A stretch of DNA of 64,000 nt, from the NCBI GenBank assembly GCA_913052485.1, contig CAJXDN010000003.1:4602-68601 (forward strand), read 5' to 3'. Under the pieces are notes generated by a model. That model worked only from the letters and a program-made list of their open reading frames with translations, had not been told where the DNA came from and searched no databases. Numbering within the stretch: position 1 is the stretch's first letter; each line of letters begins with the position of its first letter. Of the stretch, positions 26,258-36,100 are shown piece after piece. The translations under genes and the position numbers were made by a program. Source of the DNA: an uncultured Flammeovirgaceae bacterium. GTDB lineage: Bacteria > Bacteroidota > Bacteroidia > Cytophagales > MED-G16.

Positions 26258-28078
26258 TTAATTCATTGCAGCCTGAACAGCATCAGAATAACTTCTAAAT
26301 TCTAAGTCGTTCACAGCCTTATTTTTAAGGTCAATATCTGATTCCATTGAAAAAGCTGAACTTAGATTTTTAGATACTGCATCCGAATTACCACTTCTGG
26401 CACCACAAACAGCTAAAACGTAATAGTAGTTTGCAAACAGATCCCACTCATTTGCCTTGAATAATTCTCCAAGATTATTTAAGGATTTGAGAGCAGATAC
26501 ATGATCATCTAGGACTAAGTGAGCAATAGATGTTCTCCAATGTGCCCAAGCCTGAGCTCCCCACTTGCCATCTACTTTACTTAGCAGTGCGATTGCTTCC
26601 TCATGGTTACCAGCAGCTATTGCTAGAGCTCCCATAGAATTATGTAGCACATTACTCATAGATTGTCTGTCATTTTCAACCTCTTTAGCTTTTGCAAGAT
26701 AGTCATTTGCTGCACCCCAGTCATATTTTAATGCTGCAGAAGCTGCTAAATTTAAGTAGGCTTCAATATTCTCTTTTTTAGTTAGAGAAATATTAAGTTG
26801 CGTTTCTCCGTCCTCTAATAACTTAAGTTGAGCCTCGGAGCCATTTTCTTCTTCTTTAGCTAACTGGATATGTACGGATCCAAAATCGTTATGGGCTTCC
26901 CAAGTTCCTCCCCATTTCACTGCTGAACCATAGATAGCAGCTTTTTCACCCAAATCTGGGGTAAGTCTTGCTGCAAATAATAGTTCTCCGTGTGTAAGAG
27001 CATCTGAAGATGCTTCACCACTGACAATTTTTTGAGCTATAGCTAGAATCTCGTTGTTAGGTTTCTTCTCAATAACTGTAGTGACTTCAGTTCTAGCTGT
27101 CCTCAAATCAGGGTAAACTTCTTTCATCAGTGTGTTATAGAAATTTAATTTGGAAAGTGATTTTTCTTTATCTACGAAAGATCCACCACCATTGATTATA
27201 GCACCTATTTGAGATCTTTGTGCAGAAGTTAGTGAGCTTGTTGATCTTAAAGCTCTCCTTAGTGCATCCCAATTTTCAACAACAGGAACAAGATTAAAAC
27301 CAATATCACCTGCTTCATCTTTATAATCATATCTATCCATCTGAGCTCTATAATATTTTTCAATTGCAGAAGCTCTTCTGCCAGCTAATGATTCATTAAC
27401 TTTTGTTGAACCCTCAGGTGAGTGAGCTCCAGTAATATTAACACCTTTCGTCATATTTCTTTCTGCAACAAATGCTGAGAATTGCTCACCTCTGTCGCTC
27501 TTCTTTTCTGAACCTCTTAGGTATGAACTTCCCTGATTAAAGAAGAAATTTACTGTTGTTACCTCTGTTTCTTCTTCATCAGTATATCCAGGGTATGCTT
27601 TGGGAGATTGTAAATTCCAGGCCTCATTAAACCTTTGTGTTGAATTAACTCCATCAGCTAAGACACTTGACTCAGTATTCAAGTTAGTTCCAGTAGCCAC
27701 AATCTTTGCATTCCCAACTACAGATAACTTTTGTGGGTTATCAACCATCGAGTCATCAAAAGGAAAACTAATTGTTTTAGTTGCCTTTGAAATAGATCTT
27801 GCACTATTTGGATAATCTGAGGCTTTGAACTCTTGCGATCCTGCCTCCTTACCGTCATACTCGAAATTGAGTGTATAGCTAGTTCCTTTTGGTAGCATTC
27901 CAACAGGAAGTGTTGTTTCTACATTAAAAACAACATTTCCACCCTTCATAAGAATTGGGTCTGGATTAACGTTAATTTGTTGTTGTTCAGATAATTGAAT
28001 CATCTTTTTCAGAGGATTACATCCTGAGATCAATACCAGAACAACAAGTGATATTTTTAAAATATTAAAATTTTTCAT
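26258..28078 (-). CDS. lipoprotein with degenerate OmpA-like motif and C-terminal TPR-like helical repeats
   Basis: Lipobox LISGC. GAHSPEGSTKVNESLAGRRASAIEKYY resembles the OmpA C-terminal G(H/Y)TDxxGxxxxNxxLSxxRA motif. The C-terminal third is Ala-rich and helical. Confidence 0.45.
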   Translation of the reverse strand: MKNFNILKISLVVLVLISGCNPLKKMIQLSEQQQINVNPDPILMKGGNVVFNVETTLPVGMLPKGTSYTLNFEYDGKEAGSQEFKASDYPNSARSISKATKTISFPFDDSMVDNPQKLSVVGNAKIVATGTNLNTESSVLADGVNSTQRFNEAWNLQSPKAYPGYTDEEETEVTTVNFFFNQGSSYLRGSEKKSDRGEQFSAFVAERNMTKGVNITGAHSPEGSTKVNESLAGRRASAIEKYYRAQMDRYDYKDEAGDIGFNLVPVVENWDALRRALRSTSSLTSAQRSQIGAIINGGGSFVDKEKSLSKLNFYNTLMKEVYPDLRTARTEVTTVIEKKPNNEILAIAQKIVSGEASSDALTHGELLFAARLTPDLGEKAAIYGSAVKWGGTWEAHNDFGSVHIQLAKEEENGSEAQLKLLEDGETQLNISLTKKENIEAYLNLAASAALKYDWGAANDYLAKAKEVENDRQSMSNVLHNSMGALAIAAGNHEEAIALLSKVDGKWGAQAWAHWRTSIAHLVLDDHVSALKSLNNLGELFKANEWDLFANYYYVLAVCGARSGNSDAVSKNLSSAFSMESDIDLKNKAVNDLEFRSYSDAVQAAMN

Positions 28079-28161
28079 GTTTCTTAATTATTTATTGAGT
28101 TTAAAGTACTGGACTTTAAGGAACAAAAATACATATTTTTATCAATTTTAGTAATAAAAAA

Positions 28162-29178
28162 TTATAAATCAGTAAACCTCTTTTTCCTTTTTAAAAAAAA
28201 ATCAATAGGAATAATTCTATTGCTTTCTTTTGAATATTTATTAATGATTTTTCTTTTAGAAATTAAAAGTGATGGTAGTCGTATGATAAGGTATAAGTAT
28301 GCTTTGATTATAGAGATAAAATTTTTTAAGGATTTCTCATATATTAAAAATCTCATGGCTGCAACCAGATCAAAAATCAATCTAAGAGGTATTTTAAAAA
28401 TTAATGATAATCTATTCTCATTTTTGGCTAGCATGAATAGGTTATTTCTAAAGTTAAGGAAGGTTTTTTTACTATTATCATAGTTTAATGTGCCTCCACC
28501 TAAATGATAAACTTTACTTTGTGGGAAACAATAATTAGTATAACCTTCAGCTTTCAATCTCCAACATAGGTCGATTTCCTCCATATGAGCAAAAAAACTT
28601 TCGTCAAAACCTCCAATTTTTTTAAAAAGTTTGTTTTTGAGCATAATACAAGCGCCAGATGACCAGAAGATTTCTTTATCATCATCATATTGTCCATGAT
28701 CTTCTTCAGTAAAATCGAATATTCTACCTCTACAATAAGGATAACCTAGAAGGTCAAGATAACCCCCACATGCTCCGGCATATTCAAATTTTTTCTTATT
28801 TGTATATGATAAAATTTTGGGTTGACATGATCCGATAGAATTATTTAACTCCATTTTTTCAATCATAATATCAAGCCAATTTTTAGTTAATTCGACATCA
28901 TTATTAAGTAATACTACATACTCCGATTTTATATTTTTTAGACCTCTATTGTAACCCCCAGCATATCCATAATTCTTCTTATTTTTAATTAAATTAACTT
29001 CTGGATATTTATTATTGAGAAATTCTACAGATTTATCTGATGAACAGTTATCTATCACATATATCTCAGAAATATCTTTATTTGTGTGGTTTATAACTGA
29101 TGGAAAAAATTTTTTTAAGAGATCTTCACCGTTGTAGTTAATCACAACAACTGAAACCTTTTTATGTTTTTTTTTCAT
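28162..29178 (-). CDS. glycosyltransferase family 2
   Basis: VSVVVINYNGEDLL, DNCSSDKSVEFL, the NNDV acidic motif (DxD position) and a rhamnosyltransferase-like layout. Confidence 0.85.
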   Translation of the reverse strand: MKKKHKKVSVVVINYNGEDLLKKFFPSVINHTNKDISEIYVIDNCSSDKSVEFLNNKYPEVNLIKNKKNYGYAGGYNRGLKNIKSEYVVLLNNDVELTKNWLDIMIEKMELNNSIGSCQPKILSYTNKKKFEYAGACGGYLDLLGYPYCRGRIFDFTEEDHGQYDDDKEIFWSSGACIMLKNKLFKKIGGFDESFFAHMEEIDLCWRLKAEGYTNYCFPQSKVYHLGGGTLNYDNSKKTFLNFRNNLFMLAKNENRLSLIFKIPLRLIFDLVAAMRFLIYEKSLKNFISIIKAYLYLIIRLPSLLISKRKIINKYSKESNRIIPIDFFLKRKKRFTDL

Positions 29179-29504
29179 TTAAACAGATTTCCTAAATCAA
29201 ATCCTGGGATATTTGGTAATATGTCACCAGTCTTTTCTTTCATGTGTTCTTTAACTTTAATATCTATTTCTTTCAGTGCTTTATTAGTTGCTGCTACAAC
29301 AAGATCTTGAAGCATTTCTTTTTCATTTATAATACTTTCATCAATTTTAATTGAGAGTATCTCTTTCTTACCATTAATTTTAACTGATACAAGTCCAGCT
29401 CCAGACTCACTATTTAATTCAATCTTATCAAGCTCCTCTTTTATTTTTTTCATTTTTTCTTGAGCTTCCTTGATCTTACCCATCATGTTCATCATGTCAA
29501 ACAT
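29175..29504 (-). CDS. ybaB: YbaB/EbfC family nucleoid-associated protein
   Basis: 109 aa with MMGKIKEAQEKMKKIKEEL...GAGLVSVKINGKKEILSIKID...LQDLVVAATNKAL. Confidence 0.85.
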   Translation of the reverse strand: MFDMMNMMGKIKEAQEKMKKIKEELDKIELNSESGAGLVSVKINGKKEILSIKIDESIINEKEMLQDLVVAATNKALKEIDIKVKEHMKEKTGDILPNIPGFDLGNLFK

Positions 29505-29512
29505 ATTATTAG

Positions 29513-30853
29513 TTATTTAATTAAAATAAATTTTCCAGTCATATTAACCTCATTACCATCCTTTATAAAACTGATTTTATAAACATATGATTCTTGTACA
29601 ATTTTACCTTTATAAATTCCATTCCAGCCTTTATTTATATCATCACTTTCAAAAATCTTTTCTCCATATTTATTAAAAATAAGCATTTTGTATTCATTTA
29701 CTATCGAAAACAATGGTTTAAACTCATCATTTAGTCCATCGTCGTTTGGTGTAAATGCATTTGGTACCGGTATAGGATTGTAATTTTCGGTACTTGTAAT
29801 ACAGAAAGTGTTTGATATAGATCTTTTATTGTTAGCATAACCATATACTGTGTAACAGTACTCATTATTCTTTAAAATTCCATTATTATCTATGAAGATG
29901 TTATCCCTATTGTTAATTCTTTCCAATAGCATATTATTTCTCAAAATTTTTAATGAGTCAAAATTATTAGTATAGTTAAATTCTAATTTTATTCCATTTG
30001 ATATTTCTTCAACATCTAAGTATATGAGACACAATTCATCGATTATTTCAGAATCATCGCAACCGAAGAGTTTGATGACTTTTAAACATCTTGCATTATA
30101 ATTTTGGTTTGAAAATTCGATAACGGTATCCTCACTAGATGTTATTGCAGGTGATAAAAAAAGACTGTACCTCTTCTCATCAACTAAAATTTCATAATTA
30201 GTACTTTTTTCAAGATTATAAAATAATTTAAAATTTTTCATTTCGTTACCCAGACGAATAGAGTCTATTATATCATCCTGACTACTTATAATAGGTGAAA
30301 TATTTAAAATGTATTTTGAGCAGTTTACATTATTACCATTAAATTCACCAATTACATATCCTTCTATTATATTATTTTGGTTTAAATAGTTAGTGTAATC
30401 TATTTGATTAGATCCTGGTTCTATAGTTTGAACTTTATTTCCATTAATAAATAAACTATATCCATCATAGTAATTATCATTCAATATTATTTCTAGAGAC
30501 TTATCAAAACAATTAAATAATGAGATATCTAATTCTCTAGGCTCAAAAGCTTCAATTTCAATAAAATCTATTTTTTCTACTCCATCTTGATTTATTGCCT
30601 GTGCTATAACATATTTCCCCTTGGAACTGTAAGTATAGGACTTCCCAGACGAAGGATTAAATAAATTATTAGTTGTGTTGAAATTAAAATCATACTGGAC
30701 AACACTAACTGATGAATCTACATTTTCAGAAATTATCTCAATTTCCAATGGTATACAACCACTTTTAACGTTTACTGTGAACCTACCTAAATCGCTTGTT
30801 TGGGAGTGACTATAGTTGATAATTAATAAAAAAAATAAAAATAGTCTTGACAT
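29513..30853 (-). CDS. T9SS type B sorting domain (gliding-motility C-terminal domain) protein
   Basis: C-terminal VPNAFTPNDDGLNDEFKP...GWNGIYKGKIVQESYVYKISF motif. Confidence 0.8.
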   Translation of the reverse strand: MSRLFLFFLLIINYSHSQTSDLGRFTVNVKSGCIPLEIEIISENVDSSVSVVQYDFNFNTTNNLFNPSSGKSYTYSSKGKYVIAQAINQDGVEKIDFIEIEAFEPRELDISLFNCFDKSLEIILNDNYYDGYSLFINGNKVQTIEPGSNQIDYTNYLNQNNIIEGYVIGEFNGNNVNCSKYILNISPIISSQDDIIDSIRLGNEMKNFKLFYNLEKSTNYEILVDEKRYSLFLSPAITSSEDTVIEFSNQNYNARCLKVIKLFGCDDSEIIDELCLIYLDVEEISNGIKLEFNYTNNFDSLKILRNNMLLERINNRDNIFIDNNGILKNNEYCYTVYGYANNKRSISNTFCITSTENYNPIPVPNAFTPNDDGLNDEFKPLFSIVNEYKMLIFNKYGEKIFESDDINKGWNGIYKGKIVQESYVYKISFIKDGNEVNMTGKFILIK

Positions 30854-30859
30854 AAAGTT

Positions 30860-32206
30860 CTAAGAAGACACTTTAGAAATAATTTCATTAATACCTAATT
30901 TTTCTTGACTACCCGTTTCCATATCCTTTAAAGTATATAATTTGGAGGCCACCTCATCTTCTCCAATTATGATAACGTATGGAATATCATTATTATTTGC
31001 ATATTGAAGCTGTTTTTTTAGTTTAGGACTATCTGGATATAAGTCAGTACTGATATTATTATTTCTAAGGATTGATGATATCCTAAAGGAATTATCCAAA
31101 TATTTTTTAGACATAGAACATACCAATACAGTATCTTTTTTATTTATAGAATTTGGAAAAAGGTTTCTTTCTTTCATGATTTCATATATTCTTTCAATTC
31201 CAAAGGAAATACCTATTCCCGAGATATCCTTGTAGCCAAATATTTCTGTTAAGTCATCATACCGTCCACCTCCGCAGAGACTCCCAATATTTTTATCGTC
31301 AAGAATAACTTCAAAAATTGAGGAAGTATAGTAAGATAGTCCTCTGGCCAAGTTTATATCAAAAATAAATTCTTTAGATAATTGAGTTAAATTTTCTATT
31401 TCATTAATCCCCTCTAAACCTGTGCTTGAGTTAGAGAGAAAATTTTTTAAGAATTTTATCTTATCGTTATTTGTGCCCTCAAAAAATAATACTGAATTTA
31501 GTTTTTCAATTTGGCTTTTTGATAAATCAATATTTTTTAATTCTTCGATAAACTTACTTTTCCCTATCTTATCTATCTTATCGATAATTATACAGATTTT
31601 ATTAAAATTATTTTCTAAAGACATAGTTTCAGCTATCCCAAATAAGACTTTCCTATTATTTAGTTTCACTGTAAAATCTTGAATTTTTAGCTTCTCAAAA
31701 ATTGAGTACACTAGATCTATTATTTCAGCCTCACAAAGAATTGATTTTGTTCCTATGTAATCGACATCACACTGATAAAACTCTCTGAACCTTCCTTTTT
31801 GAGGTCTGTCAGCTCTCCAGACGTTTTGAATTTGGTATCTTTTAAAAGGCAGTGTAATTTTATCTCTATTCATACTCACATATCTAGCAAAAGGAACAGT
31901 GAGATCGTATCTAAGCCCCTTTTTTGATATCTCTTTCCTTAATTTATTTGAATCTTTTGATTCAATATTATCTATACCTTTTATGAAATCTCCTGAGTCT
32001 AAAATCCTGAAAATTAGTTTATCACCTTCCTCACCATATTTTCCATTTAATACATTAATATTTTCCATTGAAGGAGTTTCTAAGGCATTAAATCCATATA
32101 GAGAAAATGTATCCTTAAAGATTTTAAAAAGATATTCTCTTTTCTTCATCTCCTTTGGACCAAAGTCTCTAGTTCCTTTAGGTAAAGTCGGAGTAATTTT
32201 TTTCAC
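30860..32206 (-). CDS. hisS: histidine--tRNA ligase
   Basis: LPKGTRDFGPKEM, FRYDRPQKGRFREFYQCD-like motif 2 (VWRADRPQKGRFREFYQCD) and GGGRYD motif 3. GTG start. Confidence 0.95.
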   Translation of the reverse strand: MKKITPTLPKGTRDFGPKEMKKREYLFKIFKDTFSLYGFNALETPSMENINVLNGKYGEEGDKLIFRILDSGDFIKGIDNIESKDSNKLRKEISKKGLRYDLTVPFARYVSMNRDKITLPFKRYQIQNVWRADRPQKGRFREFYQCDVDYIGTKSILCEAEIIDLVYSIFEKLKIQDFTVKLNNRKVLFGIAETMSLENNFNKICIIIDKIDKIGKSKFIEELKNIDLSKSQIEKLNSVLFFEGTNNDKIKFLKNFLSNSSTGLEGINEIENLTQLSKEFIFDINLARGLSYYTSSIFEVILDDKNIGSLCGGGRYDDLTEIFGYKDISGIGISFGIERIYEIMKERNLFPNSINKKDTVLVCSMSKKYLDNSFRISSILRNNNISTDLYPDSPKLKKQLQYANNNDIPYVIIIGEDEVASKLYTLKDMETGSQEKLGINEIISKVSS

Positions 32207-32223
32207 TTTTTCAAAATTTATTA

Positions 32224-32231
32224 CAAAGCTA
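32224..32231 (-). promoter_or_regulatory. -7 promoter motif (TAGCTTTG) for hisS
   Basis: The minus-strand TAGCTTTG matches TAnnTTTG, 17 nt upstream of the GTG start. Confidence 0.4.
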
Positions 32232-32281
32232 GCAAATGATTTACATTATTTTTTATTTAAATTGCGCCAATAATAAATATT

Positions 32282-32452
32282 ATGGCAGTAACAAGATTAG
32301 AAAGAAAAGGAAGAAGAAACGTTTCAAAGGCTAAAAGAGCAAAACAGGTCATAAAGAGTCTTAACTCTAAACCAGTGATTAGGAATGTAGATGTTGACGC
32401 TATTAAAAAGGAATTTGCTAAAAAACCTGCTAAAAAACCAACTAAGAAATAG
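32282..32452 (+). CDS. 56-aa lysine/arginine-rich small basic protein (below the ORF-track cutoff)
   Basis: Translates to MAVTRLERKGRRNVSKAKRAKQVIKSLNSKPVIRNVDVDAIKKEFAKKPAKKPTKK*. It fills an otherwise empty 248-nt gap between hisS and the next gene. Confidence 0.45.
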   Translation: MAVTRLERKGRRNVSKAKRAKQVIKSLNSKPVIRNVDVDAIKKEFAKKPAKKPTKK

Positions 32453-32454
32453 TT

Positions 32455-32940
32455 TTAGCTTAGTTCAATTACTTCCATCCCATCTATTTTATTTTCTAAG
32501 ATACTAAATCTCAGAACAGTTTTCTTCTTGTGAAACCCTACTTTACCGCATGCTCCAGGGTTTATAAATAATAGATTGTTTTTAGTATCTCTAACTACTT
32601 TTAGTATATGGCTATGACCAGAAATTAGTATATCCGGTTTCATCTCCTTTATAAGATTTAATGTTTTAAAATTATATTTAGGGATGCTTCCAGCAATATG
32701 AGTCATTAAGAATTTTACTTTATTAATTGTAAAAAATAATGATTCCGGGATTTCACTCCTTATCAGCTCATCATCAATATTACCATATACTGCTCTAATT
32801 TTTTTAAATCTCTCTAATTTTTTTAATGTATCAATAGAGCCAATGTCACCTGCGTGCCAAATTTCATCACAACAACTTAAATACTTCTCAATATCATCAT
32901 GAATATGACCATGTGAATCTGATATTAATCCAATTTTCAT
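32455..32940 (-). CDS. metallophosphoesterase, YfcE/MJ0936 family
   Basis: LISDSHGH, WHAGDIGS, GNID and SGHSH motifs. Confidence 0.85.
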   Translation of the reverse strand: MKIGLISDSHGHIHDDIEKYLSCCDEIWHAGDIGSIDTLKKLERFKKIRAVYGNIDDELIRSEIPESLFFTINKVKFLMTHIAGSIPKYNFKTLNLIKEMKPDILISGHSHILKVVRDTKNNLLFINPGACGKVGFHKKKTVLRFSILENKIDGMEVIELS

Positions 32941-32959
32941 TAGATATATGTTTTTGGTG

Positions 32960-33397
32960 TTAATTTGATGACTTGATACGATCCTTCATACTATCCCATA
33001 TACTATCAAGTTTTTTAACCTGCTCATCGTTGGCAATTTCTCTGTATTTTCTCCAATGTAGCATTCTCTCAGTATTTAGCTCAACAGCAATTTCATAGTA
33101 TTTATCTACATTATCATTATTGCTAGTATTTTCATTTGTAATATCATCCATAATGATTAGATCATATTTTCTAAATTTCCTTTCTATTTTTTTCTTGTTT
33201 GATGAATATCTTTCATACTCTATTTTAGCTAGTTTCAATTGATCTTCATCAAATTTTATTATTTTTTCTAGGTAATTCATTTCTCTTTTATACTCTGAGT
33301 CATCAGATATATGAGATCCTCTTTTCCCATTTAGGATGAAGTAGATATTAGTTGCTACTAAAATAGCTATGATTATATACTGAAGCTTAATCCTCAT
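32960..33397 (-). CDS. hypothetical membrane-anchored protein, Spy/CpxP-like (LTxxQ-type motifs)
   Basis: N-terminal TM segment. FDEDQLKL and ANDEQVKKL resemble LTxxQ motifs. Last gene of the ECF sigma operon. Confidence 0.35.
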   Translation of the reverse strand: MRIKLQYIIIAILVATNIYFILNGKRGSHISDDSEYKREMNYLEKIIKFDEDQLKLAKIEYERYSSNKKKIERKFRKYDLIIMDDITNENTSNNDNVDKYYEIAVELNTERMLHWRKYREIANDEQVKKLDSIWDSMKDRIKSSN

Positions 33398-33689
33398 TTG
33401 ATGTTAAATTTATGATATCATTTTGATTACTTTCAAAGTATAACTCTTCAATATCAGCAGTAAAGTCACTACTTGTATTTGAGTTATTGTTTGTAATAAA
33501 AAATAAATTTAATGTCATCATTATAGCAACGAGTATTATCAAGAACGGTCTCTCGTATTTAAGATAAAAGGTTTCTTTATTATGGATAGTGTCAAGTTTA
33601 GAAGATAGTCTTGTGTAAAAATATGGTTTTACCTCAACCGGTTTAATTCCCTCTATACTACCTAGTATTTTTTTTATTTTTTTTCTCAC
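33387..33689 (-). CDS. hypothetical single-pass membrane protein, candidate anti-sigma factor
   Basis: 100 aa with a central TM segment (FLIILVAIMMTLNLFFI). Sits in the ECF sigma operon with overlapping ends. Confidence 0.35.
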   Translation of the reverse strand: MRKKIKKILGSIEGIKPVEVKPYFYTRLSSKLDTIHNKETFYLKYERPFLIILVAIMMTLNLFFITNNNSNTSSDFTADIEELYFESNQNDIINLTSNED

Positions 33690-34384
33690 AACAATTTATT
33701 TAGAATATAGTTTAATGTTATTTCAAAAGATTTATTCTTCCACTCTTCTCCAACAATACTTGTTGTATTCTTCATGCTTCTTAATGATTTAATTTGTATA
33801 GAGAGGCCCTCATAAAATTCATATCCAACTCCAAACACAAAATTAGGATCTTTTTCATTATAATTCTCTTTCTTAAAATCAAAACTTTGAGTTGTTGCAC
33901 TAGAACTCAGAGAAGTACTCCTCACTTCAGTTGATTTAAAATTATTTAAAAGGTGAACTTGAGGTCCTAAAAAAAAGTTAAACTTTTTAAACTTGAAATT
34001 TAAAATGATAGGTATTTGTAAATATGTGAGATTATTTCGAAACCTAGTCTTATTACCATCTTCAATCTCAAGTCCTTGAGAAGAGTAGTTGAGACCTGAT
34101 TTTAAACTTATTTTATTATAAGAAACATCATCATCTATACTGGAGGATGGTAAATCAAAGTATAATTCTACCATTAGACCATAGTTATATCCGATGTATG
34201 AATCAACTTGATAAGGAATTCCACCAATTGTGTTAAACTTTACTCCGGCTGTATATTTACTATCCAACGAATTTAAGCTTTGACTTGAAATACCGGTTCC
34301 CAAATTTAATCCGACATTAACTTTTTGTGAGTAAGCCGAAATACTACATAAGAATAAAAATATAAATATTACTTTCTTAATCAT
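33686..34384 (-). CDS. outer-membrane beta-barrel (porin-family/PorT-like) protein
   Basis: Signal peptide, alternating beta-strand pattern and aromatic residues near the C-terminus. Confidence 0.5.
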   Translation of the reverse strand: MIKKVIFIFLFLCSISAYSQKVNVGLNLGTGISSQSLNSLDSKYTAGVKFNTIGGIPYQVDSYIGYNYGLMVELYFDLPSSSIDDDVSYNKISLKSGLNYSSQGLEIEDGNKTRFRNNLTYLQIPIILNFKFKKFNFFLGPQVHLLNNFKSTEVRSTSLSSSATTQSFDFKKENYNEKDPNFVFGVGYEFYEGLSIQIKSLRSMKNTTSIVGEEWKNKSFEITLNYILNKLL

Positions 34385-34409
34385 ACTATTTATTAGATGT
34401 TAAAATTAA

Positions 34410-34979
34410 TTATTTCTTGTCAATCAATTTTTTTTCAATATATTTTTTCAAGTTTTTTTTTGCTCTAAAAATAAGAGATTCAATCGAGGATGAGGACTTA
34501 TTCATTACCTCAGAAATTTTCTTATATGTTAGACCTTGAATATTTTTTAATATATATGCACTTTTTTGTTCTTCGTTAAGATAGTTTATTGCTTCAAATA
34601 GAATTTTAGCATCTTCTTTTTTTTCAAGTATTACTCCTGGATGTTCAAAAGTTGGTATATCAATACTAGATCCATCGTCTCTAAATAAATTAATTAGCTG
34701 TGAAAATCTTTTTTTTCTTTTTTTAAACCTTATGTGTTCATAACATTTTGATAATGTAATTCTATAAATCCATGTTGATAAACTTGATTTCTCCTTGAAT
34801 TTATCTATTGACTTGAATACTTGTATAAATACTTCTTGTGTAAGATCATCTGCCTCCTCAATATTTTGAATAGTAGACACTATAATATTGAAAATATATT
34901 TTTTATATTTTTCGACAAGAAACCTGAAAGCATCCTCATTTCCATTTCTTAAATCTTTAACTAATTTTTTTTCTTCCAA
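34410..34979 (-). CDS. RNA polymerase ECF-type sigma-70 factor
   Basis: Region 2 reads DLTQEVFIQVFKSIDKFKEKSSLSTWIYRITLSKCYEH. Region 4 has an HTH (LTYKKISEVMNKSSSSIESLIFRAKKNL). Confidence 0.85.
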   Translation of the reverse strand: MEEKKLVKDLRNGNEDAFRFLVEKYKKYIFNIIVSTIQNIEEADDLTQEVFIQVFKSIDKFKEKSSLSTWIYRITLSKCYEHIRFKKRKKRFSQLINLFRDDGSSIDIPTFEHPGVILEKKEDAKILFEAINYLNEEQKSAYILKNIQGLTYKKISEVMNKSSSSIESLIFRAKKNLKKYIEKKLIDKK

Positions 34980-35041
34980 GGTTTTATTTGCATATTAACA
35001 AAAAATAATCAAGAACTATTTGATACTTAATATATGTTTCT

Positions 35042-36100
35042 ATGATAGATGTCGTTAAACCAACTTTATTGCTCAATCAAGAAAAATCTATAAATAATAT
35101 TAAAAATATTTTACAAAATATTAAATATTCAAAAATTAATATCAGACCTCATTTCAAAACACATCAATCTTTAGAGGTTGGCAGATGGTTTAAAAAATTA
35201 GGAATACAAAAAATCACAGTTTCCTCAGTTTCCATGGCAAAATATTTTTCAGATGAGTGGGATGACATAACAATTGCGTTCCCCATAAATATTCTCGAGA
35301 TAGAAGATGTCATAACCCTCCAGAATAAAATTAATATTAACCTTTTAATTGATTCATTAGAATCTCTCAAATTTCTTGAAGGTCTAGATGAAAAATTTTC
35401 CTTGTTTATTAAGGTCAATGTTGGATATAACAGAGCAGGAATTGACTATGATGATGATGAGATTAGTCAAATTATTGAACATTCTTCGAAATCGACTAAA
35501 ATTAAAATAAATGGTTTTTTATCTCATTTTGGAAATACCTATTTATCCAAATCGGGGGAGGAGATTGAATCTGTATTTGATTCATCATTACAAAAGATAT
35601 CTTATCTAAATAAAAAATATAAAGATTTTGAAGTATCAATTGGTGATACGCCGTCTGCGAGTTTAGTTAAAAGTTATCCTAAGTTTATAACAGAGGTTAG
35701 GCCTGGCAATTTTATTTTTTATGATTTAGATCAGTTTAAGATTGGATCTTGTAGATTAGATCAGGTAGCAATAAGATTAGTCTGTCCGATAGTATCAATT
35801 TATGAGAAAAGAAATTCATTGTTATTATATGGTGGTTCTGTCCATTTTTCTAAAGATTATATCATTGAAAACAATAAAAAATGTTATGGGTATGTCTACT
35901 CTGGAGATTATTGGAGTCTAGACAACAAAGTAGGTTACATCAAGTCTCTATCCCAAGAACATGGAGTTGTCGAGATTGAAAATAGTAAAAATCTTAAAAT
36001 AGGTGATAAACTTTCTGTAATACCAGTACATTCATGTCTAACTGTCGATAAGATGAAGGAATTTTACGTTGGAGATAAAAAATTTAAGATTATGAGTTAG
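35042..36100 (+). CDS. PLP-dependent D-TA/D-serine-dehydratase-like enzyme (alanine racemase N-terminal fold)
   Basis: RPHFKTHQS PLP-lysine context. Size and C-terminal beta domain (HGVVE...VIPVHSC) match this family. Confidence 0.6.
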   Translation: MIDVVKPTLLLNQEKSINNIKNILQNIKYSKINIRPHFKTHQSLEVGRWFKKLGIQKITVSSVSMAKYFSDEWDDITIAFPINILEIEDVITLQNKININLLIDSLESLKFLEGLDEKFSLFIKVNVGYNRAGIDYDDDEISQIIEHSSKSTKIKINGFLSHFGNTYLSKSGEEIESVFDSSLQKISYLNKKYKDFEVSIGDTPSASLVKSYPKFITEVRPGNFIFYDLDQFKIGSCRLDQVAIRLVCPIVSIYEKRNSLLLYGGSVHFSKDYIIENNKKCYGYVYSGDYWSLDNKVGYIKSLSQEHGVVEIENSKNLKIGDKLSVIPVHSCLTVDKMKEFYVGDKKFKIMS

